A stretch of 64,000 bases of DNA from Escherichia coli (GCF_044647545.1 NZ_CP172818.1); one strand, 5' to 3'; positions 25,266-37,826 are shown, counted from the stretch's first letter. Numbers and translations are program-made. Notes: generated by a model not told the origin, from the letters alone.

Positions 25266-26273
25266 TTACTTAATCACACCATTGCGCCGCAATTGTTCGG
25301 TATCTTTTTTCCAGCGTTCATTAGCCTGGTTGATATCGTCAATTTTCATCAAAATCGTGACTTTTTTACTGTTTATTTCTGAAACTTTCATCGTTAACGG
25401 ATATTGCCCTTTTTCGAGCGTTATCCAGTCATCCTGCAATTTACGGCTAAGTTTTTGTGATTGCAGGAAAGTCTGTCGCCGTTGTTCGTTGATATCGAAA
25501 TCTCGCTTCTGCTGAATCGGCACTTCATAACACTCTTCACTCTGTTTATGACATGCCGCAATCGCCGGTTGATAAACCTCTTTGTCATATTTAACCGCGA
25601 ACGCCTCGCTATCGTTCTGTTTATTAAACTCATCACGCTGTTGGTGAATTTTTTTAAAGGCGTCTTCGCGGGTCATTTGCTTACCATTTGCATCTTTTCC
25701 CCAATATGCATCCGCTGCTTTCTGCGCCGCCACCATTTGCTTATCAAGCGCTTTCACTTCCTTTTCCAGCGCAGGAATCGAGTTCTTCTGGGTATTCAAC
25801 GCAGTCTCAAGCTGACTAAAGCGATAATTGAAATCTTCGCTATTCACGATCAGATATTTATTATTCGTTTTGATATCGTCGACCACCCGCCCACGATCGC
25901 TGGCTGCCGCCTGAAAAGAGTAAAAGTTCACCGACCAGCCAGACGCGGGCGTTCCTTTACTGGTTAACATCGCCGAGAATTTTACCGGTTTATCTTTCGT
26001 CCAGGTCTGTTCGAGCAGTTCGTAATCTGCCAACTGACCGACCCAGGTATAGAGATCGTCACTGGAAGATACATCGCCTTCCGCTGACCAGGTGGCCTGA
26101 TTACCCTTAGCATCAAGATTTTTTAAGCTGATGGCATCAAGCTTGAGAATGCCGTGATACTGCTTTTTGAATTGATCTTTTAAGATATTTTCAGTTGGCG
26201 ATTCGCCATCTGCCCAGACATTACCAGTCATCAACATAAGCAGCGCCGTGCCAACAATCCATTGCTTTTTCAC
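25266..26273 (-). CDS. yggM: Periplasmic DUF1202 protein YggM
   Basis: 335 aa ORF with signal peptide. Confidence 0.9.
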   Translation of the reverse strand: MKKQWIVGTALLMLMTGNVWADGESPTENILKDQFKKQYHGILKLDAISLKNLDAKGNQATWSAEGDVSSSDDLYTWVGQLADYELLEQTWTKDKPVKFSAMLTSKGTPASGWSVNFYSFQAAASDRGRVVDDIKTNNKYLIVNSEDFNYRFSQLETALNTQKNSIPALEKEVKALDKQMVAAQKAADAYWGKDANGKQMTREDAFKKIHQQRDEFNKQNDSEAFAVKYDKEVYQPAIAACHKQSEECYEVPIQQKRDFDINEQRRQTFLQSQKLSRKLQDDWITLEKGQYPLTMKVSEINSKKVTILMKIDDINQANERWKKDTEQLRRNGVIK

Positions 26274-26355
26274 CCGAAAACCCTCGCGCGGAATAATTTA
26301 TTCCGGTGATTATCATCAGGGTAATGAAAATTGGCAATGGACGTAAGTCTGAAGT

Positions 26356-26382
26356 GAAAAAGCCCCGGCACGATACCGGGGC
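26356..26382 (-). terminator. Rho-independent terminator of ansB
   Basis: GCCCCGG-tatcgtg-CCGGGGC hairpin followed by TTTTTC on the minus strand. Confidence 0.8.
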
Positions 26383-26389
26383 GAGGTGA

Positions 26390-27436
26390 TTAGTACTGAT
26401 TGAAGATCTGCTGGATCTGCTGCGGATCTTTGGTTTGCGTCAGAGCCAGTTGCAGCAGAACGCGCGCTTTTTGCGGGTTCAACGTGCCAGAGGCGACGAA
26501 GCCGTATTTCGCATCATCGACTTCGGCATCCTGAGTGGTAGCGCCCGTCGGTACGCGGGAAGAACGCACGACTGCAGTGCCGTTTTTCGCGGCGGTCGCC
26601 AGAGTGTCAAATACGGATTTATACAGGTTACCGTTACCCACACCAGCGCTAACAATGCCATCATAGCCCGCATCTACCAGTGCTTTAGCCGGAAGATCGG
26701 ATGCGTTAGCGTAGTTATAAACAATGCCGACTTTCGGCAGTTCATTCAGTTTAGAGACATCGAACGGCGTGTCGCTGGTGTGCTTACGTGCCGGGGTACG
26801 TTGGTAGTCAATCTTACCGTTGTGAATGTAACCCAGAGGACCGTAGTTAACAGACTTGAAGGTCGCTACGTCGGTGGTGTTGGTTTTAGTGACATCACGG
26901 CCATCAAGCACGGTGTCGTTCATCACTACCAGTACGCCACGATTAGCGGAGGCTTTATCAGCTGCGGTCACTACCGCGTTATACAGGTTGAATGGACCGT
27001 CTGCGCTCATGGACGTGGACGGGCGCATTGCACCGACCATCACCACCGGTTTGTCGCATTTTACCGTCAGGTCGAGGAAGTAAGCGGTTTCTTCCATCGT
27101 GTCGGTACCGTGGGTAATGACGAAGCCGTCGGTTTTATCGCAGTCGGTGTTAATTTTTTTCGCCAGTGTCAGCCAGACATTATCGTTCATGTCCTGGGAG
27201 CCGATATTCACTACCTGCTCGCCTTTAACGTTCGCAATGTCCTTCAGTTGCGGCACCGCATTAACCAGATTTTCTACGCCAACTTTACCCGCTGTGTAGT
27301 TAGATTTGGTTGCGGAGTCACCACCACCGGCAATGGTCCCGCCGGTTGCTAAAATGGTGATATTGGGTAATGCCAATGCTGCACCACTAAAACCCATAAC
27401 CAGTGCGGCAAGTGCCGTCTTTTTGAAAAACTCCAT
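26390..27436 (-). CDS. ansB: Periplasmic L-asparaginase II
   Basis: 348 aa ORF with signal peptide and TGGTIAG motif. Confidence 0.96.
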   Translation of the reverse strand: MEFFKKTALAALVMGFSGAALALPNITILATGGTIAGGGDSATKSNYTAGKVGVENLVNAVPQLKDIANVKGEQVVNIGSQDMNDNVWLTLAKKINTDCDKTDGFVITHGTDTMEETAYFLDLTVKCDKPVVMVGAMRPSTSMSADGPFNLYNAVVTAADKASANRGVLVVMNDTVLDGRDVTKTNTTDVATFKSVNYGPLGYIHNGKIDYQRTPARKHTSDTPFDVSKLNELPKVGIVYNYANASDLPAKALVDAGYDGIVSAGVGNGNLYKSVFDTLATAAKNGTAVVRSSRVPTGATTQDAEVDDAKYGFVASGTLNPQKARVLLQLALTQTKDPQQIQQIFNQY

Positions 27437-27611
27437 TTCATTCCTCCAGTTACGTGAACGCTACGCATTATCCCTTAGCTTTGTATGGGAAATTTGACGT
27501 TAAACAATTTACAACGTGAATATATTTTGGAGATCTACAAAGTTAGAGGCAGGTAACAAAACGAAGAATTAAACGGCATAAAAAAGTATTATGCCGTCTT
27601 AAAATAGAGGA
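27437..27611 (-). promoter_or_regulatory. ansB promoter region (FNR/CRP-dependent in E. coli)
   Basis: Position upstream of ansB; individual sites not resolved by eye. Confidence 0.4.
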
Positions 27612-28331
27612 TTATTTTAAATTCCCGACCAGGGCTTTGCGACTATCTTCCAGAGTCACAACGCGGCTACAAACATCTTTGCCAAACTGTTGGAAATCTT
27701 TTTCCTGCTTTTTCCATTCGGTTTGGATTGAGGATTGCAGACCGCCCAGGCTTCCCAGCACATTCTGTAATGGGTTACCACCGCTTTTCAGCACCGCTTT
27801 CGCACCCATTTCATTAATGCTGTCCTGTAAAATTCCGCCCATTGCCTGATTCACTAATTGCTGGCCTTCGGCGCGAACCTGATCAATGGCTTTATAGTGG
27901 AACGTCAGGCCATCGCTGCGCGTTTCGATAATGCGGTTCATCTGCTCTTTCAGCTGCGCATCAAGTTTGGTCAGACGGCTGCGCATTTTGCTGCTTTCGC
28001 CCATCTCCTGAACGATAATTTTATCCAGCGCAATACGGGCTTTTTCGACGCGGCTTTTCGCGCCTTCATCAATCCACGGCAGGGTGCTACGGAGTTCAGC
28101 CTGATAATCCTTCGCCTGCTCGCGCTGGGCGGCATTCAGGGAATATTGCTTACCGTTATACATCACGTTGCCGTCTGGCGTGATCACCAGATTGCCGTTT
28201 TCGCCCTTCACCTGCACGGTTTGCGGGCTGACAATCACATCGTCACGCGGCGTGACGCTGCACTGGTAGTCGGCGTGAGCGGTCATTGCCGTCACTGAAA
28301 GTGCTGCCGCCAGCAGCATTTTGCGCATCAT
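27612..28331 (-). CDS. yggN: Periplasmic DUF2884 protein YggN
   Basis: 239 aa ORF with signal peptide. Confidence 0.9.
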   Translation of the reverse strand: MMRKMLLAAALSVTAMTAHADYQCSVTPRDDVIVSPQTVQVKGENGNLVITPDGNVMYNGKQYSLNAAQREQAKDYQAELRSTLPWIDEGAKSRVEKARIALDKIIVQEMGESSKMRSRLTKLDAQLKEQMNRIIETRSDGLTFHYKAIDQVRAEGQQLVNQAMGGILQDSINEMGAKAVLKSGGNPLQNVLGSLGGLQSSIQTEWKKQEKDFQQFGKDVCSRVVTLEDSRKALVGNLK

Positions 28332-28399
28332 AGTCTTCCCTCAAGAACAAATCAGGCCAGCATTTGCTGGCCCCAGATTGATAACAAAGTGCGCGTTTT

Positions 28400-28495
28400 C
28401 CATGCCGGATGCGGCGTAAACGCCTTATCCAGCCTACTCGATCGTGCATCTTTATAGGCCTGATAAGCGTAGCACATCAGGCAGTTTTGCATTTG
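28400..28495. repeat. REP/BIME palindromic repeats
   Basis: GCCGGATGCGGCGTAAACGCCTTATCC and GCCTGATAAGCGTAGCACATCAGGC units. Confidence 0.8.
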
Positions 28496-28514
28496 TCATC
28501 GCCCGTATGTTTTC

Positions 28515-28841
28515 TTAGTCCCACCAAACGTCGAAAAGTTCGCTGGTGCGTACCTCGCCCAGTTTGCGCTCTTCCAGCCACTTACGCACAATCGCCTGAT
28601 GTTCTTCGGTGCATTTGCCGATTTCCTGCATGCAGATCAGACCTTCCCAGGCCAGATAACCGCTGCCGTCAAAGGCCAGTTTGTTCGGTTCGATAACCTC
28701 GTTAATAAAGTCATCAACGGTTTTATCAATCTGTTCTTCCGATGTACCTTCCGGGAATCGCCATGCCACCGAAAATCCTAATTCCTGGAATTCGTCGATG
28801 TGCATTTTTTTACGCAGACGACGGCTACGGTTCTTTGCCAT
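28515..28841 (-). CDS. yggL: DUF469 protein YggL
   Basis: Start at [18 protein letters not shown]; 108 aa; start overlaps trmB stop. Confidence 0.88.
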   Translation of the reverse strand: MAKNRSRRLRKKMHIDEFQELGFSVAWRFPEGTSEEQIDKTVDDFINEVIEPNKLAFDGSGYLAWEGLICMQEIGKCTEEHQAIVRKWLEERKLGEVRTSELFDVWWD

Positions 28842-29560
28842 TATTTCACCCTCTCGAACATTAAGTCCCATACTCCGTGACCAAGACGATGACCACGTTG
28901 TTCAAATTTCGTCACCGGACGTGATGCCGGACGCGGTACGTAATCATTGCTCTCTGACAGGTTTTTATAACCGTCAATAGAAGACATCACTTCAAGCATA
29001 TGTTCCGCATAAGGTTCCCAGTCGGTCGCCATATGGAATACGCCCCCCAGTTGCAGTTTGCTTTTTACCAGTTCGGCAAACGGCACCTGAACGATACGGC
29101 GTTTATTATGGCGCGCTTTGTGCCACGGGTCAGGGAAAAAGAGCTGCACCATGCGCAATGAATTGTCAGGAATCATTTTATGCAGCACTTCAACCGCATC
29201 GTGACACATCACGCGCAGGTTGCTTAAGCCCTCTTCATGCGCAGAAGCCAGGCACGCACCAACGCCCGGTGAATGCACTTCAATGCCGAGGAAGTCCTGC
29301 TCGGGGCGATCTTTAGCCATTGCCACCAGCGACGCCCCCATGCCGAAACCAATCTCAAGCGTCACCGGCGCTTCACGGCCAAAAAGCGCAGGGAAATCCA
29401 GCATATCTTCGCTGAACTCAACGCCCATCACCGGCCAGTAGTTTTCCAGCGCATGTTCCTGGCCTTTGGTCAGTCGCCCCTGGCGGCGCACAAAACTACG
29501 GATACGGCGCAGCGGGCGGCCGTTTTCATCAAATTCCGGTGAGATGACGTCGTTTTTCAT
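28841..29560 (-). CDS. trmB: tRNA (guanine46-N7)-methyltransferase
   Basis: 239 aa ORF, SAM-dependent methyltransferase. Confidence 0.94.
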   Translation of the reverse strand: MKNDVISPEFDENGRPLRRIRSFVRRQGRLTKGQEHALENYWPVMGVEFSEDMLDFPALFGREAPVTLEIGFGMGASLVAMAKDRPEQDFLGIEVHSPGVGACLASAHEEGLSNLRVMCHDAVEVLHKMIPDNSLRMVQLFFPDPWHKARHNKRRIVQVPFAELVKSKLQLGGVFHMATDWEPYAEHMLEVMSSIDGYKNLSESNDYVPRPASRPVTKFEQRGHRLGHGVWDLMFERVK

Positions 29561-29720
29561 AAAGATTTAGTCGCTTGTGAAAGTGTTCTGAAAACGGGCA
29601 TTATCCAAAGTTAGTTGCCGGATGCAAGCATGATAAGGCCGTGGCTGCGGAAAGTTCCGGTTTACACCCTGCCGTCGCTGTGCTGCAATCTTGCCCCCAA
29701 CAACAGTGAATTCGGTGACC

Positions 29721-30773
29721 ATGCAAGCGTCGCAATTTTCAGCCCAGGTTCTGGACTGGTACGATAAATACGGGCGGAAAACGCTGCCCTGGCAAATTGA
29801 CAAGACGCCCTACAAAGTATGGCTCTCAGAAGTGATGTTGCAACAAACTCAGGTTGCGACCGTTATCCCCTATTTTGAACGCTTTATGGCGCGCTTCCCA
29901 ACGGTGACCGATCTCGCCAATGCGCCGCTCGACGAAGTTCTCCACTTGTGGACCGGGCTTGGCTATTACGCCCGCGCGCGCAACCTACATAAAGCGGCAC
30001 AACAAGTGGCGGCCTTACACGGCGGTAAATTCCCGGAAACTTTTGAGGAAGTTGCAGCACTGCCAGGCGTCGGGCGTTCCACCGCAGGCGCGATTCTCTC
30101 GCTTTCTCTGGGTAAGCACTTTCCGATTCTCGACGGTAACGTCAAACGCGTGCTGGCGCGCTGCTATGCTGTAAGCGGCTGGCCTGGGAAAAAAGAGGTC
30201 GAGAATAAACTATGGAGTTTGAGCGAGCAGGTGACGCCCGCGGTCGGCGTGGAGCGGTTTAATCAGGCGATGATGGATTTGGGCGCGATGATTTGCACGC
30301 GCTCGAAGCCGAAATGCTCGCTCTGTCCGCTACAAAACGGGTGTATTGCCGCCGCCAACAATAGCTGGTCGCTTTATCCGGGCAAAAAACCAAAGCAGAC
30401 GCTACCGGAGCGCACGGGTTACTTTTTACTGTTACAGCATGATGATGAGGTATTGCTGGCGCAACGCCCGCCGAGTGGATTGTGGGGCGGTTTATACTGT
30501 TTCCCACAGTTTGCCGACGAAGAAAGTTTGCGGCAGTGGCTGGCGCAACGGCAGATTGCTGCCGATAACCTGACGCAACTGACCGCGTTTCGGCATACCT
30601 TCAGCCATTTCCACTTAGATATTGTGCCTATGTGGCTTCCCGTGTCGTCATTCACCGGCTGCATGGATGAAGGCAATGCGCTCTGGTATAACTTAGCGCA
30701 ACCGCCGTCAGTTGGCCTGGCGGCTCCCGTGGAGCGTTTGTTACAGCAGTTACGCACTGGCGCGCCGGTTTAG
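29721..30773 (+). CDS. mutY: Adenine DNA glycosylase
   Basis: Start at [14 protein letters not shown]; 350 aa; 4Fe-4S cysteine cluster present. Confidence 0.95.
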   Translation: MQASQFSAQVLDWYDKYGRKTLPWQIDKTPYKVWLSEVMLQQTQVATVIPYFERFMARFPTVTDLANAPLDEVLHLWTGLGYYARARNLHKAAQQVAALHGGKFPETFEEVAALPGVGRSTAGAILSLSLGKHFPILDGNVKRVLARCYAVSGWPGKKEVENKLWSLSEQVTPAVGVERFNQAMMDLGAMICTRSKPKCSLCPLQNGCIAAANNSWSLYPGKKPKQTLPERTGYFLLLQHDDEVLLAQRPPSGLWGGLYCFPQFADEESLRQWLAQRQIAADNLTQLTAFRHTFSHFHLDIVPMWLPVSSFTGCMDEGNALWYNLAQPPSVGLAAPVERLLQQLRTGAPV

Positions 30774-30797
30774 CGCGTGAGTCGATAAAGAGGATGA

Positions 30798-31076
<279 letters not shown>

Positions 31077-31113
31077 AAACAGTGCCGGAGCACGCCTCCG
31101 GCAACTTGCATAA

Positions 31114-32220
<1,107 letters not shown>

Positions 32221-32421
32221 TTCCACTAACCGCCCCTGACGATGCTCAGGGGTAAAAATGTTATCCACATCACAATTTCGTTTTGCAAATTGGGAATGTT
32301 TGCAATTATTTGCCACAGGTAACAAAAAACCAGTCCGCGAAGTTGATAGAATCGCATCATCTCGCACGGTCAAATGTGCTTTTTCAAACACTCATCCGCA
32401 TCACGATGTGAGGAAATTAAC
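32221..32421 (+). promoter_or_regulatory. nupG promoter/operator region
   Basis: Upstream of nupG with CRP-like half sites; by position only. Confidence 0.35.
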
Positions 32422-33678
32422 ATGAATCTTAAGCTGCAGCTGAAAATCCTCTCTTTTCTGCAGTTCTGTCTGTGGGGAAGTTGGCTGACGACCCTCGGCT
32501 CCTATATGTTTGTTACCCTGAAGTTTGACGGTGCTTCTATTGGCGCAGTTTATAGTTCACTGGGTATCGCCGCGGTCTTTATGCCTGCGCTGCTGGGGAT
32601 TGTGGCCGACAAATGGTTAAGTGCGAAATGGGTATATGCCATTTGCCACACCATTGGCGCTATCACGCTGTTCATGGCGGCACAGGTCACGACGCCGGAA
32701 GCGATGTTCCTTGTGATATTGATTAACTCGTTTGCTTATATGCCAACGCTTGGGTTAATCAACACCATCTCTTACTATCGCCTGCAAAATGCCGGGATGG
32801 ATATCGTTACTGACTTCCCGCCAATCCGTATCTGGGGCACCATCGGCTTTATCATGGCAATGTGGGTGGTGAGCCTGTCTGGCTTCGAATTAAGCCACAT
32901 GCAGCTGTATATTGGCGCAGCACTTTCCGCCATTCTGGTTCTGTTTACCCTGACTCTGCCGCATATTCCAGTTGCTAAACAGCAAGCGAATCAGAGCTGG
33001 ACAACCCTGCTGGGCCTCGATGCATTCGCGCTGTTTAAAAACAAGCGTATGGCAATCTTCTTCATCTTCTCAATGCTGCTGGGCGCGGAACTGCAGATTA
33101 CCAACATGTTCGGTAATACCTTCCTGCACAGCTTCGACAAAGATCCGATGTTTGCCAGCAGCTTCATCGTGCAGCATGCGTCAATCATCATGTCGATTTC
33201 GCAGATCTCTGAAACCCTGTTCATTCTGACCATCCCGTTCTTCTTAAGCCGCTACGGTATTAAGAACGTAATGATGATCAGTATTGTGGCGTGGATCCTG
33301 CGTTTTGCTCTGTTTGCTTACGGCGACCCGACTCCGTTCGGTACTGTACTGCTGGTACTGTCGATGATCGTTTACGGTTGCGCATTCGACTTCTTCAACA
33401 TCTCTGGTTCGGTGTTTGTCGAAAAAGAAGTTAGCCCGGCAATTCGCGCCAGCGCGCAGGGGATGTTCCTGATGATGACCAACGGCTTCGGCTGTATCCT
33501 CGGCGGCATCGTGAGCGGTAAAGTGGTTGAGATGTACACCCAAAACGGCATTACCGACTGGCAGACCGTATGGCTGATTTTCGCAGGTTACTCCGTGGTT
33601 CTGGCCTTCGCGTTCATGGCGATGTTCAAATATAAACACGTTCGTGTCCCGACAGGTACACAGACGGTTAGCCACTAA
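32422..33678 (+). CDS. nupG: Nucleoside:H+ symporter
   Basis: Start at MNLKLQLKILSFLQF; 418 aa. Confidence 0.95.
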   Translation: MNLKLQLKILSFLQFCLWGSWLTTLGSYMFVTLKFDGASIGAVYSSLGIAAVFMPALLGIVADKWLSAKWVYAICHTIGAITLFMAAQVTTPEAMFLVILINSFAYMPTLGLINTISYYRLQNAGMDIVTDFPPIRIWGTIGFIMAMWVVSLSGFELSHMQLYIGAALSAILVLFTLTLPHIPVAKQQANQSWTTLLGLDAFALFKNKRMAIFFIFSMLLGAELQITNMFGNTFLHSFDKDPMFASSFIVQHASIIMSISQISETLFILTIPFFLSRYGIKNVMMISIVAWILRFALFAYGDPTPFGTVLLVLSMIVYGCAFDFFNISGSVFVEKEVSPAIRASAQGMFLMMTNGFGCILGGIVSGKVVEMYTQNGITDWQTVWLIFAGYSVVLAFAFMAMFKYKHVRVPTGTQTVSH

Positions 33679-33685
33679 TTACGCA

Positions 33686-33723
33686 AAGAAAAACGGGTCG
33701 CCAGAAGGTGACCCGTTTTTTTA
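33686..33723. terminator. Bidirectional rho-independent terminator between convergent nupG and speC
   Basis: AAAAACGGGTC...GACCCGTTTTTTT, hairpin flanked by A-run and T-run. Confidence 0.8.
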
Positions 33724-33726
33724 TTC

Positions 33727-35862
33727 TTACTTCAACACATAACCGTACAACCGTTTCATGCCATCCGCATCGGTTTCGCTATAGACACCTTGCAGCTCCG
33801 GCGAAAATCCCGGCAACAAATTCACCCCTTCTTCCAGTGCAAGGAAATAACGTTGAACCGCCCCACCCCAGACTTCCCCGGGTACCACGCAAAGCACGCC
33901 AGGTGGATAAGGTAACGCCCCTTCTGCCGCAATTCGCCCTTCGGCATCACGAATCCGCACCAACCCCACTTCACCGCGAATATAAGCGCTATGCGCATCC
34001 TGGGGATTCATCACCACTGACGGGAAACTCTGCTGGCGGAACATCGCTTTTTGTAGGTCTTTGACGTCGAAACTGACATACAGATCGTGCATCTCCTGAC
34101 ACAACTGGCGCAGGGTGTAGTCGCGATAACGCACCGGATATTTGTTATAAACGCTCGGCAACACCTCAACCAGCGGCGAGTCATCCTCAATATGCTGTTC
34201 AAACTGCGCCAGCATCGCCACCAGTTGTGCCAGCTTCTCGTGGCTTTCCGCCGGAGTTAATAAGAACAGAATGGAATTGAGATCGCACTTCTCCGGCACA
34301 ATGCCGTTCTCACGCAGATAGTGCGCCAGAATCGTCGCCGGAACGCCAAAGTCGCTATATTCGCCAGTTTCGGCATTGATACCTGGTGTAGTGAGTAACA
34401 GCTTGCACGGATCAACAAAATACTGATCCGCGGCATATCCTTCAAAGCCGTGCCACTTCGCCCCCGGCTCAAAACTGAAAAAACGGCGGTCGCTGGCTAA
34501 CACTGACGTCGGATAATCCTGCCACAATTTGCCATCAACAACGGGCGGGATAAACGGGCGGAACAGCTTACAGCGCGCAAGAATCGCCTTCCGGGCTTCA
34601 ATCCCCAACGCAACGCACTCCGCCCACAGCCGACGCCCACTCTCCCCTTCATGAATTTTGGCGTTAACGTCCAGCGCGGCGAACAGCGGATAGAACGGGC
34701 TGGTAGAAGCATGGAGCATAAAGGCATTATTCAACCGCTTATGCGGGCAAAAACGCGCCTGTCCACGGATATGGTTATCTTTTTTATGGATCTGCGACGT
34801 CTGTGAGAATCCCGCCTGCTGTTTGTGCACCGACTGGGTCACAAAGATCCCCGGATCGTTTTCGTTAAGTTCTAACAGCAGCGGCGAGCTATCCGCCATC
34901 ATCGGGATAAACTGTTCGTAACCGACCCACGCGGAATCAAACAGAATGTAATCACACAGATGCCCAACGGTATCGATCACCTGACGGGCGTTATAGACAG
35001 TGCCGTCATAGGTTCCCAGCTGAATAATCGCCAGGCGAAACGGGCGCGGCAGGTCGGCTTTTTCTGGCGCAACGTCGCGAATTTGCTGGCGCAGATACTC
35101 TTCATTAAAACAGTGTGCATCAATACCGCCAATGAAACCAAACGGGTTACGTGAAGCTTCCAGATAGACCGGCGTCGCCCCCGCCTGAATCAGCGCGCCG
35201 TGATGATTCGACTTATGGTTGTTACGGTCGAAGAGCACCAGATCGCCACGCGTTAACAGCGCATTCGTCACCACTTTATTCGCTGCCGATGTGCCGTTCA
35301 GTACAAAATAGGTTTTATCGGCATGAAAGACTTTGGCTGCGAATTTCTGCGCATCCTTCGCCGATCCTTCATGAATAAGCAGATCGCCCAATTTTACGTC
35401 AGCGTTACACATATCGGCGCGAAAGATGTTCTCGCCAAAGAAATCGTAAAAATGGCGTCCGGCAGGATGCTTTTTAAAGAACGCACCATGTTGATGTCCA
35501 GGGCAAGCAAAGGTGCTATTGCCCATCTCAACGTACTGCGTCAGCGTGTCATAAAACGGTGGCAGCAAATTCTCTTCATACTGACAGGCTGCGGATTCCA
35601 GCTCCAGCCACTGCTGCTCGTTGCCGTTGATTACCGCCGTAACGCCCGCAGGTAATTCAACAGCATGTTCGGAATACAAAAACACCGGTAGATGAAAACC
35701 GGTACGCTTAAGCAACGCAAGAATGCCACTGCGGCTATCCGCAGCGGTAATGACGACTGCCGCGACGTCCGTAAAATCAGTATCTCCCAACGCCACCACG
35801 CGGCGATGAGTAGAAAGTCGGGATACCAGTTCACTACTGGCGGCAATATTCATTGATTTCAT
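33727..35862 (-). CDS. speC: Constitutive ornithine decarboxylase
   Basis: ORF 33727-35946; start placed at MKSMNIAASSELVS (ATG 35862-35860); 711 aa. Confidence 0.94.
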   Translation of the reverse strand: MKSMNIAASSELVSRLSTHRRVVALGDTDFTDVAAVVITAADSRSGILALLKRTGFHLPVFLYSEHAVELPAGVTAVINGNEQQWLELESAACQYEENLLPPFYDTLTQYVEMGNSTFACPGHQHGAFFKKHPAGRHFYDFFGENIFRADMCNADVKLGDLLIHEGSAKDAQKFAAKVFHADKTYFVLNGTSAANKVVTNALLTRGDLVLFDRNNHKSNHHGALIQAGATPVYLEASRNPFGFIGGIDAHCFNEEYLRQQIRDVAPEKADLPRPFRLAIIQLGTYDGTVYNARQVIDTVGHLCDYILFDSAWVGYEQFIPMMADSSPLLLELNENDPGIFVTQSVHKQQAGFSQTSQIHKKDNHIRGQARFCPHKRLNNAFMLHASTSPFYPLFAALDVNAKIHEGESGRRLWAECVALGIEARKAILARCKLFRPFIPPVVDGKLWQDYPTSVLASDRRFFSFEPGAKWHGFEGYAADQYFVDPCKLLLTTPGINAETGEYSDFGVPATILAHYLRENGIVPEKCDLNSILFLLTPAESHEKLAQLVAMLAQFEQHIEDDSPLVEVLPSVYNKYPVRYRDYTLRQLCQEMHDLYVSFDVKDLQKAMFRQQSFPSVVMNPQDAHSAYIRGEVGLVRIRDAEGRIAAEGALPYPPGVLCVVPGEVWGGAVQRYFLALEEGVNLLPGFSPELQGVYSETDADGMKRLYGYVLK

Positions 35863-36233
35863 AAGCGCAAAACCCGTTTCGGGGAAGTAAGAATACCGGA
35901 CAAGGTGAAAAACCCTGCCCCACGAGATATGGGTCAAACTGGTCACCAGCTCCGACCGCCAGACATCAGTAAAAGCAGAAACGCTCTGATTTTACTGTTG
36001 TCCTGCAGTGAGCGTGCGTTAACCTCACCGCATGAGCAGAAAAAGGGAGGAGTTTCGCGCGAAACGGCGATAAGCGAGAGAATGTAAGGAGGTGGCGTGC
36101 ATCGGGCAAACTCCGTACAGAGAGGAGAAAATTCGCGCAATCATGGCACCTTTCACCAGAGCGTGCAAGCCAGGACTTTGCGAACAAACAAGCCATCGAA
36201 GGAGCCAAACGGTCATAATAAGAAAATCAGACA

Positions 36234-36962
36234 ATGCAGCTAACAGGAACTCTTGTGGTCATCGGTCCTTTTATCAACGCAAGTGCAGTATTACTGGGTG
36301 GCGTTCTCGGTGCACTCCTTAGTCAACGCTTACCGGAACGTATCCGCGTCTCCATGACATCAATTTTTGGTCTGGCATCGCTGGGGATTGGTATTTTACT
36401 GGTGGTGAAATGCGCCAACCTTCCGGCGATGGTTTTAGCAACCTTACTCGGTGCATTAATCGGCGAAATGTGTCTGCTGGAAAAAGGGGTCAATACCGCG
36501 GTCACCAAAGCACAAAATCTGTTTCGCCACTCACGTAAGAAGCCAGCGCATGAATCTTTTATTCAGAATTATGTCGCGATTATTGTCCTGTTTTGCGCCA
36601 GCGGCACCGGGATCTTCGGGGCGATGAACGAAGGGATGACCGGCGATCCGAGTATTTTAATCGCCAAGTCATTTCTCGATTTCTTTACGGCGATGATCTT
36701 CGCCTGCTCGCTGGGTATTGCGGTGTCGGTGATTAGCATTCCATTACTGATCATCCAGTTAACACTGGCGTGGGCTGCCGCGCTGATATTACCGCTGACC
36801 ACACCGTCGATGATGGCAGACTTCAGCGCCGTAGGCGGTTTATTGCTGCTGGCAACCGGATTACGCATCTGTGGCATTAAAATGTTCCCGGTGGTCAACA
36901 TGCTTCCAGCACTCCTTCTGGCAATGCCGCTTTCCGCCGCCTGGACCGCCTGGTTTGCCTGA
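36234..36962 (+). CDS. yqgA: DUF554 inner-membrane protein YqgA
   Basis: 242 aa hydrophobic ORF immediately upstream of pheV. Confidence 0.85.
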   Translation: MQLTGTLVVIGPFINASAVLLGGVLGALLSQRLPERIRVSMTSIFGLASLGIGILLVVKCANLPAMVLATLLGALIGEMCLLEKGVNTAVTKAQNLFRHSRKKPAHESFIQNYVAIIVLFCASGTGIFGAMNEGMTGDPSILIAKSFLDFFTAMIFACSLGIAVSVISIPLLIIQLTLAWAAALILPLTTPSMMADFSAVGGLLLLATGLRICGIKMFPVVNMLPALLLAMPLSAAWTAWFA

Positions 36963-37067
36963 CAATGCGTGCAATAGCGGCAAAGTGATGATAGATTGTG
37001 CAGTCTGCAGTAAATTGAAGAAATTTGATTGACGAGACGAGGCGAATCAGGTTTAATGCGCCCCGTT

Positions 37068-37143
37068 GCCCGGATAGCTCAGTCGGTAGAGCAGGGGATT
37101 GAAAATCCCCGTGTCCTTGGTTCGATTCCGAGTCCGGGCACCA
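37068..37143 (+). tRNA. pheV: tRNA-Phe (anticodon GAA)
   Basis: GCCCGGATAGCTCAGTCGGTAGAGCAGGGGATTGAAAATCCCCGTGTCCTTGGTTCGATTCCGAGTCCGGGCACCA, canonical cloverleaf with 3' CCA. Confidence 0.97.
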
Positions 37144-37154
37144 ATTCATAAGAA

Positions 37155-37182
37155 CCCGCCCACAAGGCGGGTTTTTGCTTTT
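37155..37182 (+). terminator. Rho-independent terminator of pheV
   Basis: CCCGCC-CACAA-GGCGGG followed by TTTTTGCTTTT. Confidence 0.85.
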
Positions 37183-37288
37183 GGATCTGACAATAACCTT
37201 CACGAAAAAAATTAGCTTATAAAGTCTGGGGGAATTACTCTCGCCACGTTAACGAGAGTAATTTTATTGATATTAATCTCCTGATACC

Positions 37289-37825
37289 TTACCCCCGTCC
37301 AAACTCCAGTCGCTGCACATTCACCATCCCAGGCTTCTCAGCAGCACTGACATCAATTTGTGTCACCCGCAGCGCATATTTTTCATCCAGTGCTTTTAAC
37401 CAGTTCAGCAGGTCATTAAACACCACAGGTTCTATCCAGACTTGAATATTCTCCCCACGCTCGGCTATCCGCTTGATGACCACCGAGTGCGCGGAAGCAC
37501 TGTCACTGATGACCCGCGATACCTGCGCAGGCGTTGTTGTGGCAGATTTTCGCGCTGCAATAATATCCGGCGCAGTGCTCTTCAGTCGCGCGTTCATCGC
37601 CACGAGCTGCTGCAACATCGTCTCCTGTTGCTCAATCCGTTCGCTCAACGGCTGCCAGATGACGACGTAATATCCGACGCTAAACAGGAACACCACCGCT
37701 GCCAGTAACATGCCCTTTTCACGCGGAGAACGCCCCGCCAGGTGTTGTGTCAGCCAGTGTTCGCCACGGCTTAACTGGCGTTCACGCCATTGCTGAAAAT
37801 AGTGAATAAATTTATCGCGTAACAT
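37289..37825 (-). CDS. yghD: Type II secretion GspM-like protein (cryptic)
   Basis: 178 aa ORF, position downstream of pheV. Confidence 0.8.
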   Translation of the reverse strand: MLRDKFIHYFQQWRERQLSRGEHWLTQHLAGRSPREKGMLLAAVVFLFSVGYYVVIWQPLSERIEQQETMLQQLVAMNARLKSTAPDIIAARKSATTTPAQVSRVISDSASAHSVVIKRIAERGENIQVWIEPVVFNDLLNWLKALDEKYALRVTQIDVSAAEKPGMVNVQRLEFGRG

Positions 37826-37826
37826 G

